Shown: positions 19,535-29,058 of the stretch, piece after piece | Numbering within the stretch: position 1 is the stretch's first letter | How the letters are laid out: each line of letters begins with the position of its first letter | Source of the DNA: Desulfatiglandales bacterium | GTDB lineage: Bacteria; Desulfobacterota; DSM-4660; Desulfatiglandales; Desulfatiglandaceae | Length of the DNA stretch: 64,000 nt | Direction of reading: 5' to 3' | Assembly (NCBI GenBank): GCA_963662465.1 | Contig: OY759599.1 | Span: 1,152,001 to 1,216,000, forward strand | Program-made: the position numbers and the translations under genes | Notes under the pieces: generated by a model | Database searches by the model: none | The model's input: the letters and a program-made list of their open reading frames with translations, nothing else | Told to the model about the DNA's origin: nothing

Positions 19535-20458
19535 TCACCCATCGTTTCGGGAACGTACTGCAAAAGCCCTGCTGCTGAAGGAGTAGTCACGGATGCCGGA
19601 GGACCTGCGGCCGACGCTGAAGCCGAAGATCCTCGCCTTCGATGAACCTTCAGTTTCTCCCGACCAAACCCACCAGCCTGTGGTCTTCAAGAAAGACGCC
19701 ATATTACGGTCGCCTGTGCCTTTCTTGTAAAGACCGTTCAGTTCATCTATGGTGGGCATTCTCCATCCACCACCGTCAAGATTAAGGCTTTGGACCCAGG
19801 ACCTGGCTTCATTCCAGTTTGTATTTTCATCAGGACCCGCCTTCCACTCAAGGCCCGTGTTTGTGTCTTTTATGATCCCCTTGGAGTAGAGTACGTATTG
19901 TCCATGCCGTTCAATTACATTATTTGAAGGTGGTGCTGGTTTAGGGTAAGAAGGTTTCTGAGGAACGCTGGCCACCTCAACCCATTGGTTCTTGGATTCC
20001 TTTCGGGAACTTACCGCAAAAGCCCTTCCAGAGTAAGAGAAACCACTGATGCCCCAAGCCCTGCGGCCGCTGTAGAAGGAGAAGATCCTCGCCTTCGACG
20101 AACCTTCAGCTTTTCCTGACCAAACCCACCAGCCTGTGGTTTTCAAGAGAGACGTCATATTACGGTCGCCTGTGCCTTTCTTGTAAAGACCGCTTAGCTC
20201 ATCTATGGTGGGCATCCTCCATCCACCACCGTCAAGATTAAGGTTTTGGACCCAGGACCTGGCTTCATTCCAGGGTGTGTCCTTGTCCGGTCCCGAGACC
20301 CACTTAAGGCCTGTACTGGTGTCCTTGACAATCCCATTGTCATAGACCACATACACTCCGTCCCGACCAATTTCATTGGAAGCGGCAAAGCAAAGGCATC
20401 CTCCCAACAGAAATACTAAAAGAGCGATGCTAAGTGCAATTTTTTTAATGGTAATCAT
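19535..20458 (-). CDS. Secreted protein with two tandem Lcl/DUF1566 (C-type lectin fold) domains
   Basis: Signal peptide; two copies of DT.TGL.W...WNEA...WRMPTIDEL...WVWS...RAFAV. Confidence 0.85.
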   Translation of the reverse strand: MITIKKIALSIALLVFLLGGCLCFAASNEIGRDGVYVVYDNGIVKDTSTGLKWVSGPDKDTPWNEARSWVQNLNLDGGGWRMPTIDELSGLYKKGTGDRNMTSLLKTTGWWVWSGKAEGSSKARIFSFYSGRRAWGISGFSYSGRAFAVSSRKESKNQWVEVASVPQKPSYPKPAPPSNNVIERHGQYVLYSKGIIKDTNTGLEWKAGPDENTNWNEARSWVQSLNLDGGGWRMPTIDELNGLYKKGTGDRNMASFLKTTGWWVWSGETEGSSKARIFGFSVGRRSSGIRDYSFSSRAFAVRSRNDG

Positions 20459-20605
20459 ATTCTTCCTTTTTCCTCAATCAATCTGCTTTCTGCCTTTTAC
20501 TTCTTTTACGGCAACGACTCGTGAGCGAAAGGCAAGATTTATGTTTTGGGAAAGAAATTATAACTTGGAGAGTTTGGCAAATTATACATTAGCATCAGAG
20601 CATTA

Positions 20606-23600
20606 CTAATCTTTCCTTAAGCGTACAGCAAAAACTCTTTCGACCGTAACACTTATATTTCTATGCGAAACTAACCCTCCATTCTCAAGATCAAAAACCC
20701 ACACATTCGCTGAATCCGCTCCTTCGTAAGACCACACATACAAACCTGTGGTTTTAAAAATCGCTGGTAGAGGATTCCATTTATTACAAATTGTTTTTAG
20801 CTCATTGTTGGTGGGTATTCTCCACAGACTACGAGTTGAATGTCCATTTTTCTTGGCCAGCCATTGCTTTGCTTCAGAAAATGAGGTTCCTTCATCAGGC
20901 CCAACAATCCACTCAAGTCTGGTACGTGTATCCCAGACTGCCCCGTTGTTAAAAACAAACCTGCGGCGTGGTTTTTCCTCCGTTGCATCCTTGACAGTTT
21001 TCGATACCGGGGGTGCGGCATCCTTTTTAGTGATCGAAACGTCTGAATTTTTGAGCGGATTTGCTATAAGATGAATTTTAAGGGTTTCCTTTTTCCCTGC
21101 TTCCAGGTTTGCCCATGTCTTTTTTGTTTTGCAACCCTCCCGTGAAACCTCGACATGGTAACGTCCGGGTTTAAGGAGTATCCCCTGGTGAAATTCTTGT
21201 TTTATGTTAAGGAGTCGAACATGCGCATCTGCTGGTTTAGCTTCTACAAATAACTGGCTGATGACCCATTCAAGATGAAATTGTACCGTTTCACTTTTTT
21301 CTGCTGTGAGGGTTACCCAGCCTTGCTTTGTTTTACAACCGTCCCGTGAAACCTCGACATGGTAATGTCCGGGTTTAAGGAACATCCCCTGGTGAAATTC
21401 CTTCTCAGTATTGAGGAGTCGCACAGTTGCATCTTTTGGCTCAATTTCCACAAATAACCGGCTGACAATCCATTCAAGATGGACCTGCAATTCCTGGTCT
21501 TTTTCTGCGATGAGGGTTACCCAACCTTGCTTTGTTTTATAACCGTCATGTGAAACCTCAACATGGTAATTTCCGGGTTTAAGGACCATCCCCTGATGAA
21601 ATTCCTTCTCAGTATTGAGGAGTCGCACAAGTGAATCTTTCGGTTCAGTTTTTACGAAGAGTTTGCTTTCTCCTATGATTCTCGGTTTAAGGTGTTTTCT
21701 CTGTGCATTGGATTGGGCGCCCTTATTTCCTGGAATACCGTCCTCGGAGGTGTTATCGGTTTCGCTTGCCATTCTAGCCGGATTGAAATTTTTACTTTGT
21801 GGTTTTGCATTCTCAGAAATCAAGCCAAGCACCAGAAAAAAAGAAAACATACCTAGCGCAACTCCTGCGGCGATCAACACCTTGGCTCGTCTTTTCTTTC
21901 TCACGGCATTGGAAACAGGGGCTTTTCTAAGACGAAATTCAAGTTCTGTGGGCGTCCCCGAATCGACCCCAACCTCCTGGGTTGCAGTTTTGAACCCGTC
22001 AAGGGTCAGCCCCAGTTTATATCTCCCGACCGGCAACTCTATACTCGCATCTGTTTTTTCTCCCGTATCCCGACCGTCTATCCATATTGAAGCACCATTC
22101 GGCAAACTGGCAATAGTCAATTCAGCGAGCGGTTCAGGGGACGCCATGTCCCTGACAAGCCGAAATCCCCAACTGTGATCTTTATATTCAGGCCAGTTGC
22201 ACCAGCGACAAGTTGTTCGGCATTTCATCGCATCGCTCTTCCAACTCCCGCCTCGTAGCACCCGCTGTGTGCCCATAGACGGGGCCGGGGGATTATCGGC
22301 CGCAACTGATGGATAATCCGCGAACCAGTCCTGGCACCACTCCCAAACATTACCGGACATATCATGCAGGCCCAGCCCATTGGGGGCCTTCTCCCCTACC
22401 GAATGCGTGGTATTTCCACTGTTTTGGTCATACCAGGCAACGGCGTCAATATGGTCTCCGCCGGCATACGTCTCTTTTTCACCCCCGCTTCTCGCGGCAT
22501 ATTCCCATTCCGCTTCGGTAGGAAGCCGAAATTGATATTTTCTGTCATTTTCCGCTGTCAGTTTTTCTATGAAATCCTGTGCATTGTCCCATGAGACCAT
22601 TTCCACGGGATAGTTGTCTCCCCTTCCACACTTGGAAGGATTTGTTCCCATAAGACTTTTCCACTGACCGCAGGTTACAGGATATTTCCCAATATAAAAG
22701 CCATCAAGGGCAACTTCATGCGCCTTTTCTTCCGCTTCATCCTCATGTTCAATTGCCCTCCCCATCATGAATTTCCCGGCATGGACGTAGACGAACGCTA
22801 TTCCGGTAACAGGGTCCATAAATACCGGTTCGGGCGGCTCATGAGACGGACCTTGCTCCCCTTTTTCAAGATCTTCCGGGGCGTTGACATCGCCGGGGCC
22901 GTCTTTCTGATCCCTCTGACGGTCACAGGCCTCCACATACTCCAGAAACTCCCCGCACCCATTGAATCGGTCATCCGGAGACTTTTCGAGGGCTTTCATG
23001 ACAATCCCCGTCAGTTCATCGGAAATATCGGGATTGATCGCCTTCATGTCGGGCGGTGCTTCCCGGACATGTTTGTCTTTCACCGCATAATCAGTTTCGC
23101 CGTCAAAAGGCGTCTGCCCCGTCAGCATCTCAAACAACACGACGCCGATGGAATAGACATCGCTTCGATGGTCGACCCCCTTGGGATTGACCACCTGTTC
23201 CGGGCTAACATACCAGGCAGTGCCGATATCCACGCCTGTTTTGGTCAGGCGATGATTATCGCCCGCACGGAGCGCGATGCCGAAATCCATGATTTTGGCT
23301 CTACCGGACTTGTCAATCAAAATATTTGAGGGCTTGATATCTCGATGGATGATTCCTCGGCTGTGGGCAAAATTCACACCGGCCAGGATATCCTTCAGAA
23401 TCGGCAGGGCTTTGTTTTCACTGAGTTTACCCTCATCTTCAATCATGTCCTCAAGGGAACAGCCATCCACATATTCCATCACAAGGTAGTACAGGCCGTT
23501 GTGTTCAAAAAAATCATTCACCTGTACAATGTTTGGATGGTCCAGTCCGGCCTGGGCCATGGCTTCTTTCTCAAAGCGTTCTTTGAACTGAGGACTGTTT

Positions 23601-23740
23601 GAAAGTTCAGAACTCAAACATTTCACGGCAAATTGTTTTCCCAGAATCACATGCTCGGCAAGAAAAACGACCCCCATGCCTCCTTCTCCGATCTCAGAGA
23701 GAATATTGAGGTTTCCGATCTGGGTTCCTATGATGTCCAT
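20606..23740 (-). CDS. Ser/Thr kinase + FGE-sulfatase domain + PEGA + TM + 3 PEGA-like repeats + Lcl domain
   Basis: GEGGMG, HRDIKPSN, DFG; RLPTEAEWEYAAR and DMSGNVWEW; three ~68-aa repeats; WRIPTNNEL...VFAVR. Confidence 0.92.
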   Translation of the reverse strand: MDIIGTQIGNLNILSEIGEGGMGVVFLAEHVILGKQFAVKCLSSELSNSPQFKERFEKEAMAQAGLDHPNIVQVNDFFEHNGLYYLVMEYVDGCSLEDMIEDEGKLSENKALPILKDILAGVNFAHSRGIIHRDIKPSNILIDKSGRAKIMDFGIALRAGDNHRLTKTGVDIGTAWYVSPEQVVNPKGVDHRSDVYSIGVVLFEMLTGQTPFDGETDYAVKDKHVREAPPDMKAINPDISDELTGIVMKALEKSPDDRFNGCGEFLEYVEACDRQRDQKDGPGDVNAPEDLEKGEQGPSHEPPEPVFMDPVTGIAFVYVHAGKFMMGRAIEHEDEAEEKAHEVALDGFYIGKYPVTCGQWKSLMGTNPSKCGRGDNYPVEMVSWDNAQDFIEKLTAENDRKYQFRLPTEAEWEYAARSGGEKETYAGGDHIDAVAWYDQNSGNTTHSVGEKAPNGLGLHDMSGNVWEWCQDWFADYPSVAADNPPAPSMGTQRVLRGGSWKSDAMKCRTTCRWCNWPEYKDHSWGFRLVRDMASPEPLAELTIASLPNGASIWIDGRDTGEKTDASIELPVGRYKLGLTLDGFKTATQEVGVDSGTPTELEFRLRKAPVSNAVRKKRRAKVLIAAGVALGMFSFFLVLGLISENAKPQSKNFNPARMASETDNTSEDGIPGNKGAQSNAQRKHLKPRIIGESKLFVKTEPKDSLVRLLNTEKEFHQGMVLKPGNYHVEVSHDGYKTKQGWVTLIAEKDQELQVHLEWIVSRLFVEIEPKDATVRLLNTEKEFHQGMFLKPGHYHVEVSRDGCKTKQGWVTLTAEKSETVQFHLEWVISQLFVEAKPADAHVRLLNIKQEFHQGILLKPGRYHVEVSREGCKTKKTWANLEAGKKETLKIHLIANPLKNSDVSITKKDAAPPVSKTVKDATEEKPRRRFVFNNGAVWDTRTRLEWIVGPDEGTSFSEAKQWLAKKNGHSTRSLWRIPTNNELKTICNKWNPLPAIFKTTGLYVWSYEGADSANVWVFDLENGGLVSHRNISVTVERVFAVRLRKD

Positions 23741-23815
23741 TTCTTTAAACTTTACCCATGTCCGATAATCCTGCTTTATTTTGATTGTTCAACCGGGAGT
23801 TCTCCATATTTTGCC

Positions 23816-25087
23816 TCACATCTTTTCCACAAACATGGGAACTTTGCTTTCAAAATTCCATTTTCCCACGTATAACCTGCCCATTGGATAGGCCTTTTGA
23901 AGTTTGATAATATGGTTTTTCAACAGGCAACACCTTTTCTGATATTTCGGATGCGTGTTTAAAACATTTTCCATTTCATCCGTTATTGTGCCGATTATAT
24001 CCTTAAGAAGTCCTCGATCAGATTTTGTTTTTGTAATTTCTCCTTCTTTTTCCATTCGCTTTTCCCAGAAATTGACGATCTGGTATGGTGAGTAGCCAAA
24101 GGCATAGATCAATTCCAGGGCCCTTCGATCGGCCTCTGCTTCCACCCGGGTGTTATAAGGGTGCTTTACAAATTTACTTATAATTGCCGCTGGATTATGC
24201 ATAACCCCCGGAAGCTTTTCAATAATCTGATACGTGGCAATACAATGTCTGAGATCCACATGTTTGATTTCGTGCGCCAAAACGTGAGCGAGTTGCGCTT
24301 CATTTTCAATATTCTCCAAAAGTCCCGTGTAAATGTAGATTCCCCCGCCTGGAATGGCAAAAGCATTGACATCATCGCTTCGGATAGTGTGAAAATGGTA
24401 AGCAATCCCTTTGCGGTCTACGTTGGAAAGCAGAGATTCTCCCAGGGATTGAACGTAGGCAAGCCACTCCTTGTCAATATCGATTTTCCCCTTATGTTGC
24501 TTTTCCATTTGTTGCGAAAGTTCCCTGCCGAGACTGTTTTCGGTTTCTTCGGATATCTCGGTTGCTTTTATGATTTCAGTTTCAATCGAATGGGCGACCT
24601 GCTGAGCCACATCCGAGAAAAGAACGTTGCAGTCCTGATGGATATAATGATAGCGCCGGGACTCCTCCACATCTTTCAACCCCTTTTTCAAAGGAGTTGG
24701 TTGACCCGGTATTGTACCCAGTTCCTGATCCGAGCCGAAAATCCGATCCGCTGTTTTTGAAGCGGTTTTTTGAATTTCTGAGATTTCCCGCTTTATTCTT
24801 TGGGATTTTTCAGCGGGGGGAACACCTATATCGCCGGTATCGGCAGGGGAATCCTTAGGCCGGGTTGAATCGGCGTTGGGCCATAGTTCCACATTTCCCA
24901 GATACAGGGCTGTCGCGCCTGCTGCAAGCAGTAAAACCAGACTGACAATCAACCCCGGCCACCGGCCTTTTTTCCGGCGCTTCGCCATGGAAGGCGGAGC
25001 CTCGGAATAGGTCAGTTCATGGCCACAGTTATTGCAATACCTGGCGTCATCGTCATTCTGAAAGCCGCATCGCGTACAAAACGGCAT
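23816..25087 (-). CDS. Zinc-ribbon + TM + M48 metallopeptidase
   Basis: CTRC...CNNC; NAFAIPGG, LAHEIKH, EAEAD. Confidence 0.88.
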   Translation of the reverse strand: MPFCTRCGFQNDDDARYCNNCGHELTYSEAPPSMAKRRKKGRWPGLIVSLVLLLAAGATALYLGNVELWPNADSTRPKDSPADTGDIGVPPAEKSQRIKREISEIQKTASKTADRIFGSDQELGTIPGQPTPLKKGLKDVEESRRYHYIHQDCNVLFSDVAQQVAHSIETEIIKATEISEETENSLGRELSQQMEKQHKGKIDIDKEWLAYVQSLGESLLSNVDRKGIAYHFHTIRSDDVNAFAIPGGGIYIYTGLLENIENEAQLAHVLAHEIKHVDLRHCIATYQIIEKLPGVMHNPAAIISKFVKHPYNTRVEAEADRRALELIYAFGYSPYQIVNFWEKRMEKEGEITKTKSDRGLLKDIIGTITDEMENVLNTHPKYQKRCCLLKNHIIKLQKAYPMGRLYVGKWNFESKVPMFVEKM

Positions 25088-25105
25088 ATGTAGCTCCTTG
25101 TCCCC

Positions 25106-25996
25106 TTAAAAATACCACCAGATCCCGGCCCCGAGCAGCGCCGCAAGGATAAGAAAAAACGAAATGGATGCTACTGATTTGATATTGACGGCTGTCACTG
25201 TCGGCTTGACTTCCAACTCGGGTTTCGCTAAAGGCGCTTGCTGGTCCCCAAGCCGTACAATCTGTACAACCTGTACCGTAACATTGTCATAACCACCCTG
25301 GTTCAGGGCGGCGGAAACAAGGTTGTCGCAAAGCACTTCGGCCGACCCTCCCCAGCGAAAAATATTTGCAATCTCATGGTCCCCGACCAGCCCGGAAAGC
25401 CCGTCCGTACATAGCAGAAAATGGTCGTCGGGCAGGACCGAAAACGGTTCCTCCCTCACTTCCGGATCAACTTTGGGCTTTGCTCCCAATGCCCGGTAGA
25501 TGATATTGGCGTCGGGATGATCTTCCGCCTCTGCAAGGGAGATGATGCCATCATCCACCATCTGCTGAATTCGAGAATGGTCTTTTGTCATGGGTTTGAG
25601 TTTTGAGTTCCGGTAAAGGTAAATTCTGCTGTCCCCCACATGAGCCATATAGGCTTGATTATGGCTGACAACCAGAACAACCACCGTGGTTCCCATTTTA
25701 CGATATTGCAAGTCACCGGAAGTTCCCTTTTCATGGATACGGCGATTCGCCAGAGTAATAGATGACTTGAGAAGATCCGGAACAGAATCTCCTCCTTTTT
25801 CAAAGCATTGTTTGATGGTAGAAATGGCCAATCTGGCCGCTTCCCTGCCGCCAGCCTCCCCTCCCATTCCATCGGCGACGATAAACACCTCGCCTACGGG
25901 AAAACTGAACCAGCCCATGTCGTCTTGATTATCTTTCCGCTCAAGACCCACGTCCGTTTTCTGCGCAATCATCATCTTCATAGGCCACCCCCGCAT
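25106..25996 (-). CDS. PP2C-family Ser/Thr phosphatase with C-terminal TM
   Basis: RKDNQD, ADGMGG, HVGDSR, CTDGL, DNVT. Confidence 0.93.
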   Translation of the reverse strand: MRGWPMKMMIAQKTDVGLERKDNQDDMGWFSFPVGEVFIVADGMGGEAGGREAARLAISTIKQCFEKGGDSVPDLLKSSITLANRRIHEKGTSGDLQYRKMGTTVVVLVVSHNQAYMAHVGDSRIYLYRNSKLKPMTKDHSRIQQMVDDGIISLAEAEDHPDANIIYRALGAKPKVDPEVREEPFSVLPDDHFLLCTDGLSGLVGDHEIANIFRWGGSAEVLCDNLVSAALNQGGYDNVTVQVVQIVRLGDQQAPLAKPELEVKPTVTAVNIKSVASISFFLILAALLGAGIWWYF

Positions 25997-26000
25997 CCTG

Positions 26001-26666
26001 TTACAGTGGAACCGTGATCCCCTTCACATCAAAAGGACACTTGATCTTCCAGAACAGAAATTCGGCAACGATTCGACCCCGGATGCCGTATCGCAAAAGC
26101 CCGGAAACAATTATTTTTCCCGCACTCTTTAAAAACGGCATCGGATAGAGGGTCAGTGGACACTTGAACGTCTTACTTTCAAATGCATGGACAAGAATGC
26201 TTTTATCACCCAGCAGATTCCCCCTGCCGACCTGCCGTGCGTTGATCAAGAATTCAAATTCCAGTGAAGTGATTTTCACCGGGATGATCGTATTATTTTT
26301 CACTTCAAGCAGCAGCATGAAATCCTGCTGTTTATGTTCAGCGGGCTTACGCTTCCCACCGGTAATGACATCCACAAAATCTTCAAGTATTTCAAGAGTC
26401 TGTCGACCAAGCTCTCCCGAAATCGAATCCTTTTCATAGGAAATTCCCACCAGTGAAACTTGGAAATTGGACGCTGCCCATTTCAGGATATAGGGAAACC
26501 CGCTAACGAACATGAAACCGAGTACGGCAACGGCAAATGCCAGGGCAAGCACTGCTTTCCTCATTGTCCCACCGGTTTCAGGCAGTGAGTTGAGGTTTGA
26601 ACCGTCTGCGGAGCAAAAGGAATCCGTGTTCGGATAGGTTTTCCCGCATGCGGGACATTGTTTCAT
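26001..26666 (-). CDS. Zinc-ribbon + TM + LEA_2-like beta-sandwich protein
   Basis: CPAC...FCSADG; LEVKNNT.IPV.I..LEF...INA..VG.G pattern. Confidence 0.65.
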   Translation of the reverse strand: MKQCPACGKTYPNTDSFCSADGSNLNSLPETGGTMRKAVLALAFAVAVLGFMFVSGFPYILKWAASNFQVSLVGISYEKDSISGELGRQTLEILEDFVDVITGGKRKPAEHKQQDFMLLLEVKNNTIIPVKITSLEFEFLINARQVGRGNLLGDKSILVHAFESKTFKCPLTLYPMPFLKSAGKIIVSGLLRYGIRGRIVAEFLFWKIKCPFDVKGITVPL

Positions 26667-26698
26667 GAAAATCGCCTTTTTTGATCAACCATTAGGGT

Positions 26699-27400
26699 CT
26701 ATTGAGGATTTTTCTTCGAAGGCTCGATCATAATAAGCGTGAACTCGGTATCCCCCATTGTGATCTTATCGTAGTTATTGAGACTGACATCCCCTGTAAT
26801 TTCCTCCCCGTTTACAAAAGTTCCGTTGGTTGAAAGATTGTCCCGCATCCAAAAAAGTCCGCGTCTAAACAACAGAATGGCGTGTTCTGAAGACATATTT
26901 TTATCGCTTTTTACCGCGATGTCCATACCGTTTCCCGCGCCGATCACATGCCGTCCCTCCCGGATCTCGTAATATGCTCCTGACGGCTCATGGGAGTAGG
27001 TGACCAAAAAACCCACCATTCGAGGTCTTACAATGGCATCATTTTTTGGGCCATTTTTGTCCGGTGAAATAACAACGGTTTTTCGCCTGGCCTTTTTTGC
27101 GCCGGCAGAAACCCTCTCGGGCACGGGGCCTTCCACTTTTGTTTTCCGGCGTGGACCACCGGAGACCTTGAGCGAAGCATTTCCAGACTGCATCAGGGTT
27201 TTTTCACGGGATGGGGTTCTTGCCCCTTGTCCACTCCCTGTGTCAGCCCGGCAGATTGGACAGACTTTCCAGGTGGGATCCATGATGTGCCCATTGGGGC
27301 AACGTATCTTTCCATCTATGTTCGGTATGGGGGCGCGGCATGCTTTGCAAAATCTGGCGCCGTCAGGATTGGTCGTCCGGCATTTTGGGCATTGAATCAT
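26699..27400 (-). CDS. Double zinc-ribbon + FHA domain protein
   Basis: CPKC/CKAC, CPNGH/CPIC; MSSEHA, DNLSTNGTFVNG. Confidence 0.85.
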   Translation of the reverse strand: MIQCPKCRTTNPDGARFCKACRAPIPNIDGKIRCPNGHIMDPTWKVCPICRADTGSGQGARTPSREKTLMQSGNASLKVSGGPRRKTKVEGPVPERVSAGAKKARRKTVVISPDKNGPKNDAIVRPRMVGFLVTYSHEPSGAYYEIREGRHVIGAGNGMDIAVKSDKNMSSEHAILLFRRGLFWMRDNLSTNGTFVNGEEITGDVSLNNYDKITMGDTEFTLIMIEPSKKNPQ

Positions 27401-27455
27401 CTGGAATCCTCCTCGGAATAAAGCGCCACTCTGGTGGGTGGCTCTGAATTCTGTT

Positions 27456-28952
27456 TTATTCGACTGCTTGACTATTTTTTTCCGATTTCACAACAATTTC
27501 AATCGGTCCGATCCGGATCACATCGCCTTCTTTGATGAAAACCGTCTCTTTGATATATTCACCATTCAACCGGGTGCCATTGGTGCTTCCGAGGTCTTTA
27601 AGCACCCATTGGTTGCCGTCGCCGGATATTTCCGAGTGGTAACCGGAAACCGTGTCCCCTTCAAGAACAATGGCACAGTCCGGATAAGCGCCGATTGTCA
27701 TAGGTTCCGGTTTAAGCGGAATTTCTATGCCTTTGTCGGATATCGAAAGGATCAAAGGATTTGGATTAGTGGGCGTCATGGGCTTTTCTTCAGACAATGA
27801 CGCCGGTTCCGCCCCCGTCACTTCGGAAGGCTTGGTTTCATGCGCATTGTCGCGCATTGTCTTTCTTTTTCTTTTGTTCAACACAAGAATCCCCAAAACG
27901 AGAATCGCTACGGCAACGGCGCCCAAACAAACAACTACAAGAATGTTTGGCATGTTGCCGATCACTTCAACCACCGGCACTCGGGATCTGCTTTCTGTTT
28001 CTAAATCTTCACTGGATGGTTTCTTGGCAACCTCCTTGAACAGGGGCGCTAGAAAATCAATTTCTCCCTTACAGATTTCGCCTCCCGGGTCAGCATATTG
28101 AACCTCCAGGTGGTGTTTCAACCCATCCCCCCTGAAATCGGCTTCAAGCTCAAGTACCTGCTGATCAAGAATATTGCCGGTGATGGCGGCGTAGGCCTCA
28201 TAAAGACCACTGCTTCCAGATACTTTCCGGTATTCTCCGCCGGTCATTTTTGCAAGACGCACCATATTATCCAAAAATTTTGCATCGGCCCTGCCGGCAA
28301 AACCGATGGTATAAATCGGAACATTGAACTTCCTGGCATTTGCTATGGCATCATCAAGGGTAAACCCGACGCCTTCATCTTTGCCGTCAGACAGCACCAC
28401 GAGATATCTCAGACGCGGAAGATCCGGACTTGCCAGCATTTCAAGGCCTGTGAAAACCGCCTTGAACAGAACGGTACTCTTTCCCCGGCAGTGAAGCGCA
28501 TTGAGCTTCTTCAGAAAAATGTCCGCATTTTCGGTAAAATCACAATCCTCAAAAACGTCGTCGTTAAAGCTCAGCAGTCCGACAAGATCTTGCGGCGCTT
28601 TCTGTTCCATCAGCTTTTTGATGGCCCCTTTTATGGCTGAAATCTGTTTTTTCTTCATGGAGCCGCTGGTATCGACGGCAAGCAGCAACACAATGTTTTC
28701 ACCGGACTTTTTAAGGGAGGAAACCTGTTTCACTGCTAACGCTTCTTTATCTTCCATGGCAGCCTTGAACTGTGGCAGAATTGCGGATTTGATTGCTGCG
28801 CCGTCCTTTTCAACAGTCAAAAAGATTCTTATTGAGGGGAATTGAGAGACGTCGTAGCTGTGAATTTTAAGCGTGAGTCCCGCAGCCGCGTTCTGTTGAG
28901 TCACCAGAACTAAGAAAACAATCAAAATATATGCTTTAAATTGTCCTTTCAT
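27456..28952 (-). CDS. Signal peptide + vWA + TM + FHA protein
   Basis: MIDAS DTSGSM, LSDG; TM; VSGYHS, DLGSTNGT. Confidence 0.88.
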   Translation of the reverse strand: MKGQFKAYILIVFLVLVTQQNAAAGLTLKIHSYDVSQFPSIRIFLTVEKDGAAIKSAILPQFKAAMEDKEALAVKQVSSLKKSGENIVLLLAVDTSGSMKKKQISAIKGAIKKLMEQKAPQDLVGLLSFNDDVFEDCDFTENADIFLKKLNALHCRGKSTVLFKAVFTGLEMLASPDLPRLRYLVVLSDGKDEGVGFTLDDAIANARKFNVPIYTIGFAGRADAKFLDNMVRLAKMTGGEYRKVSGSSGLYEAYAAITGNILDQQVLELEADFRGDGLKHHLEVQYADPGGEICKGEIDFLAPLFKEVAKKPSSEDLETESRSRVPVVEVIGNMPNILVVVCLGAVAVAILVLGILVLNKRKRKTMRDNAHETKPSEVTGAEPASLSEEKPMTPTNPNPLILSISDKGIEIPLKPEPMTIGAYPDCAIVLEGDTVSGYHSEISGDGNQWVLKDLGSTNGTRLNGEYIKETVFIKEGDVIRIGPIEIVVKSEKNSQAVE

Positions 28953-29058
28953 GATTTCTCCTTGAGCAGTTCAGCACTTCAGAAATTACATGTTCTCCAT
29001 TGGTTCAAACCTTGATGAACTCGTAAAAAAGTCGAATTCATAACGTTTTAAGAGAGCT

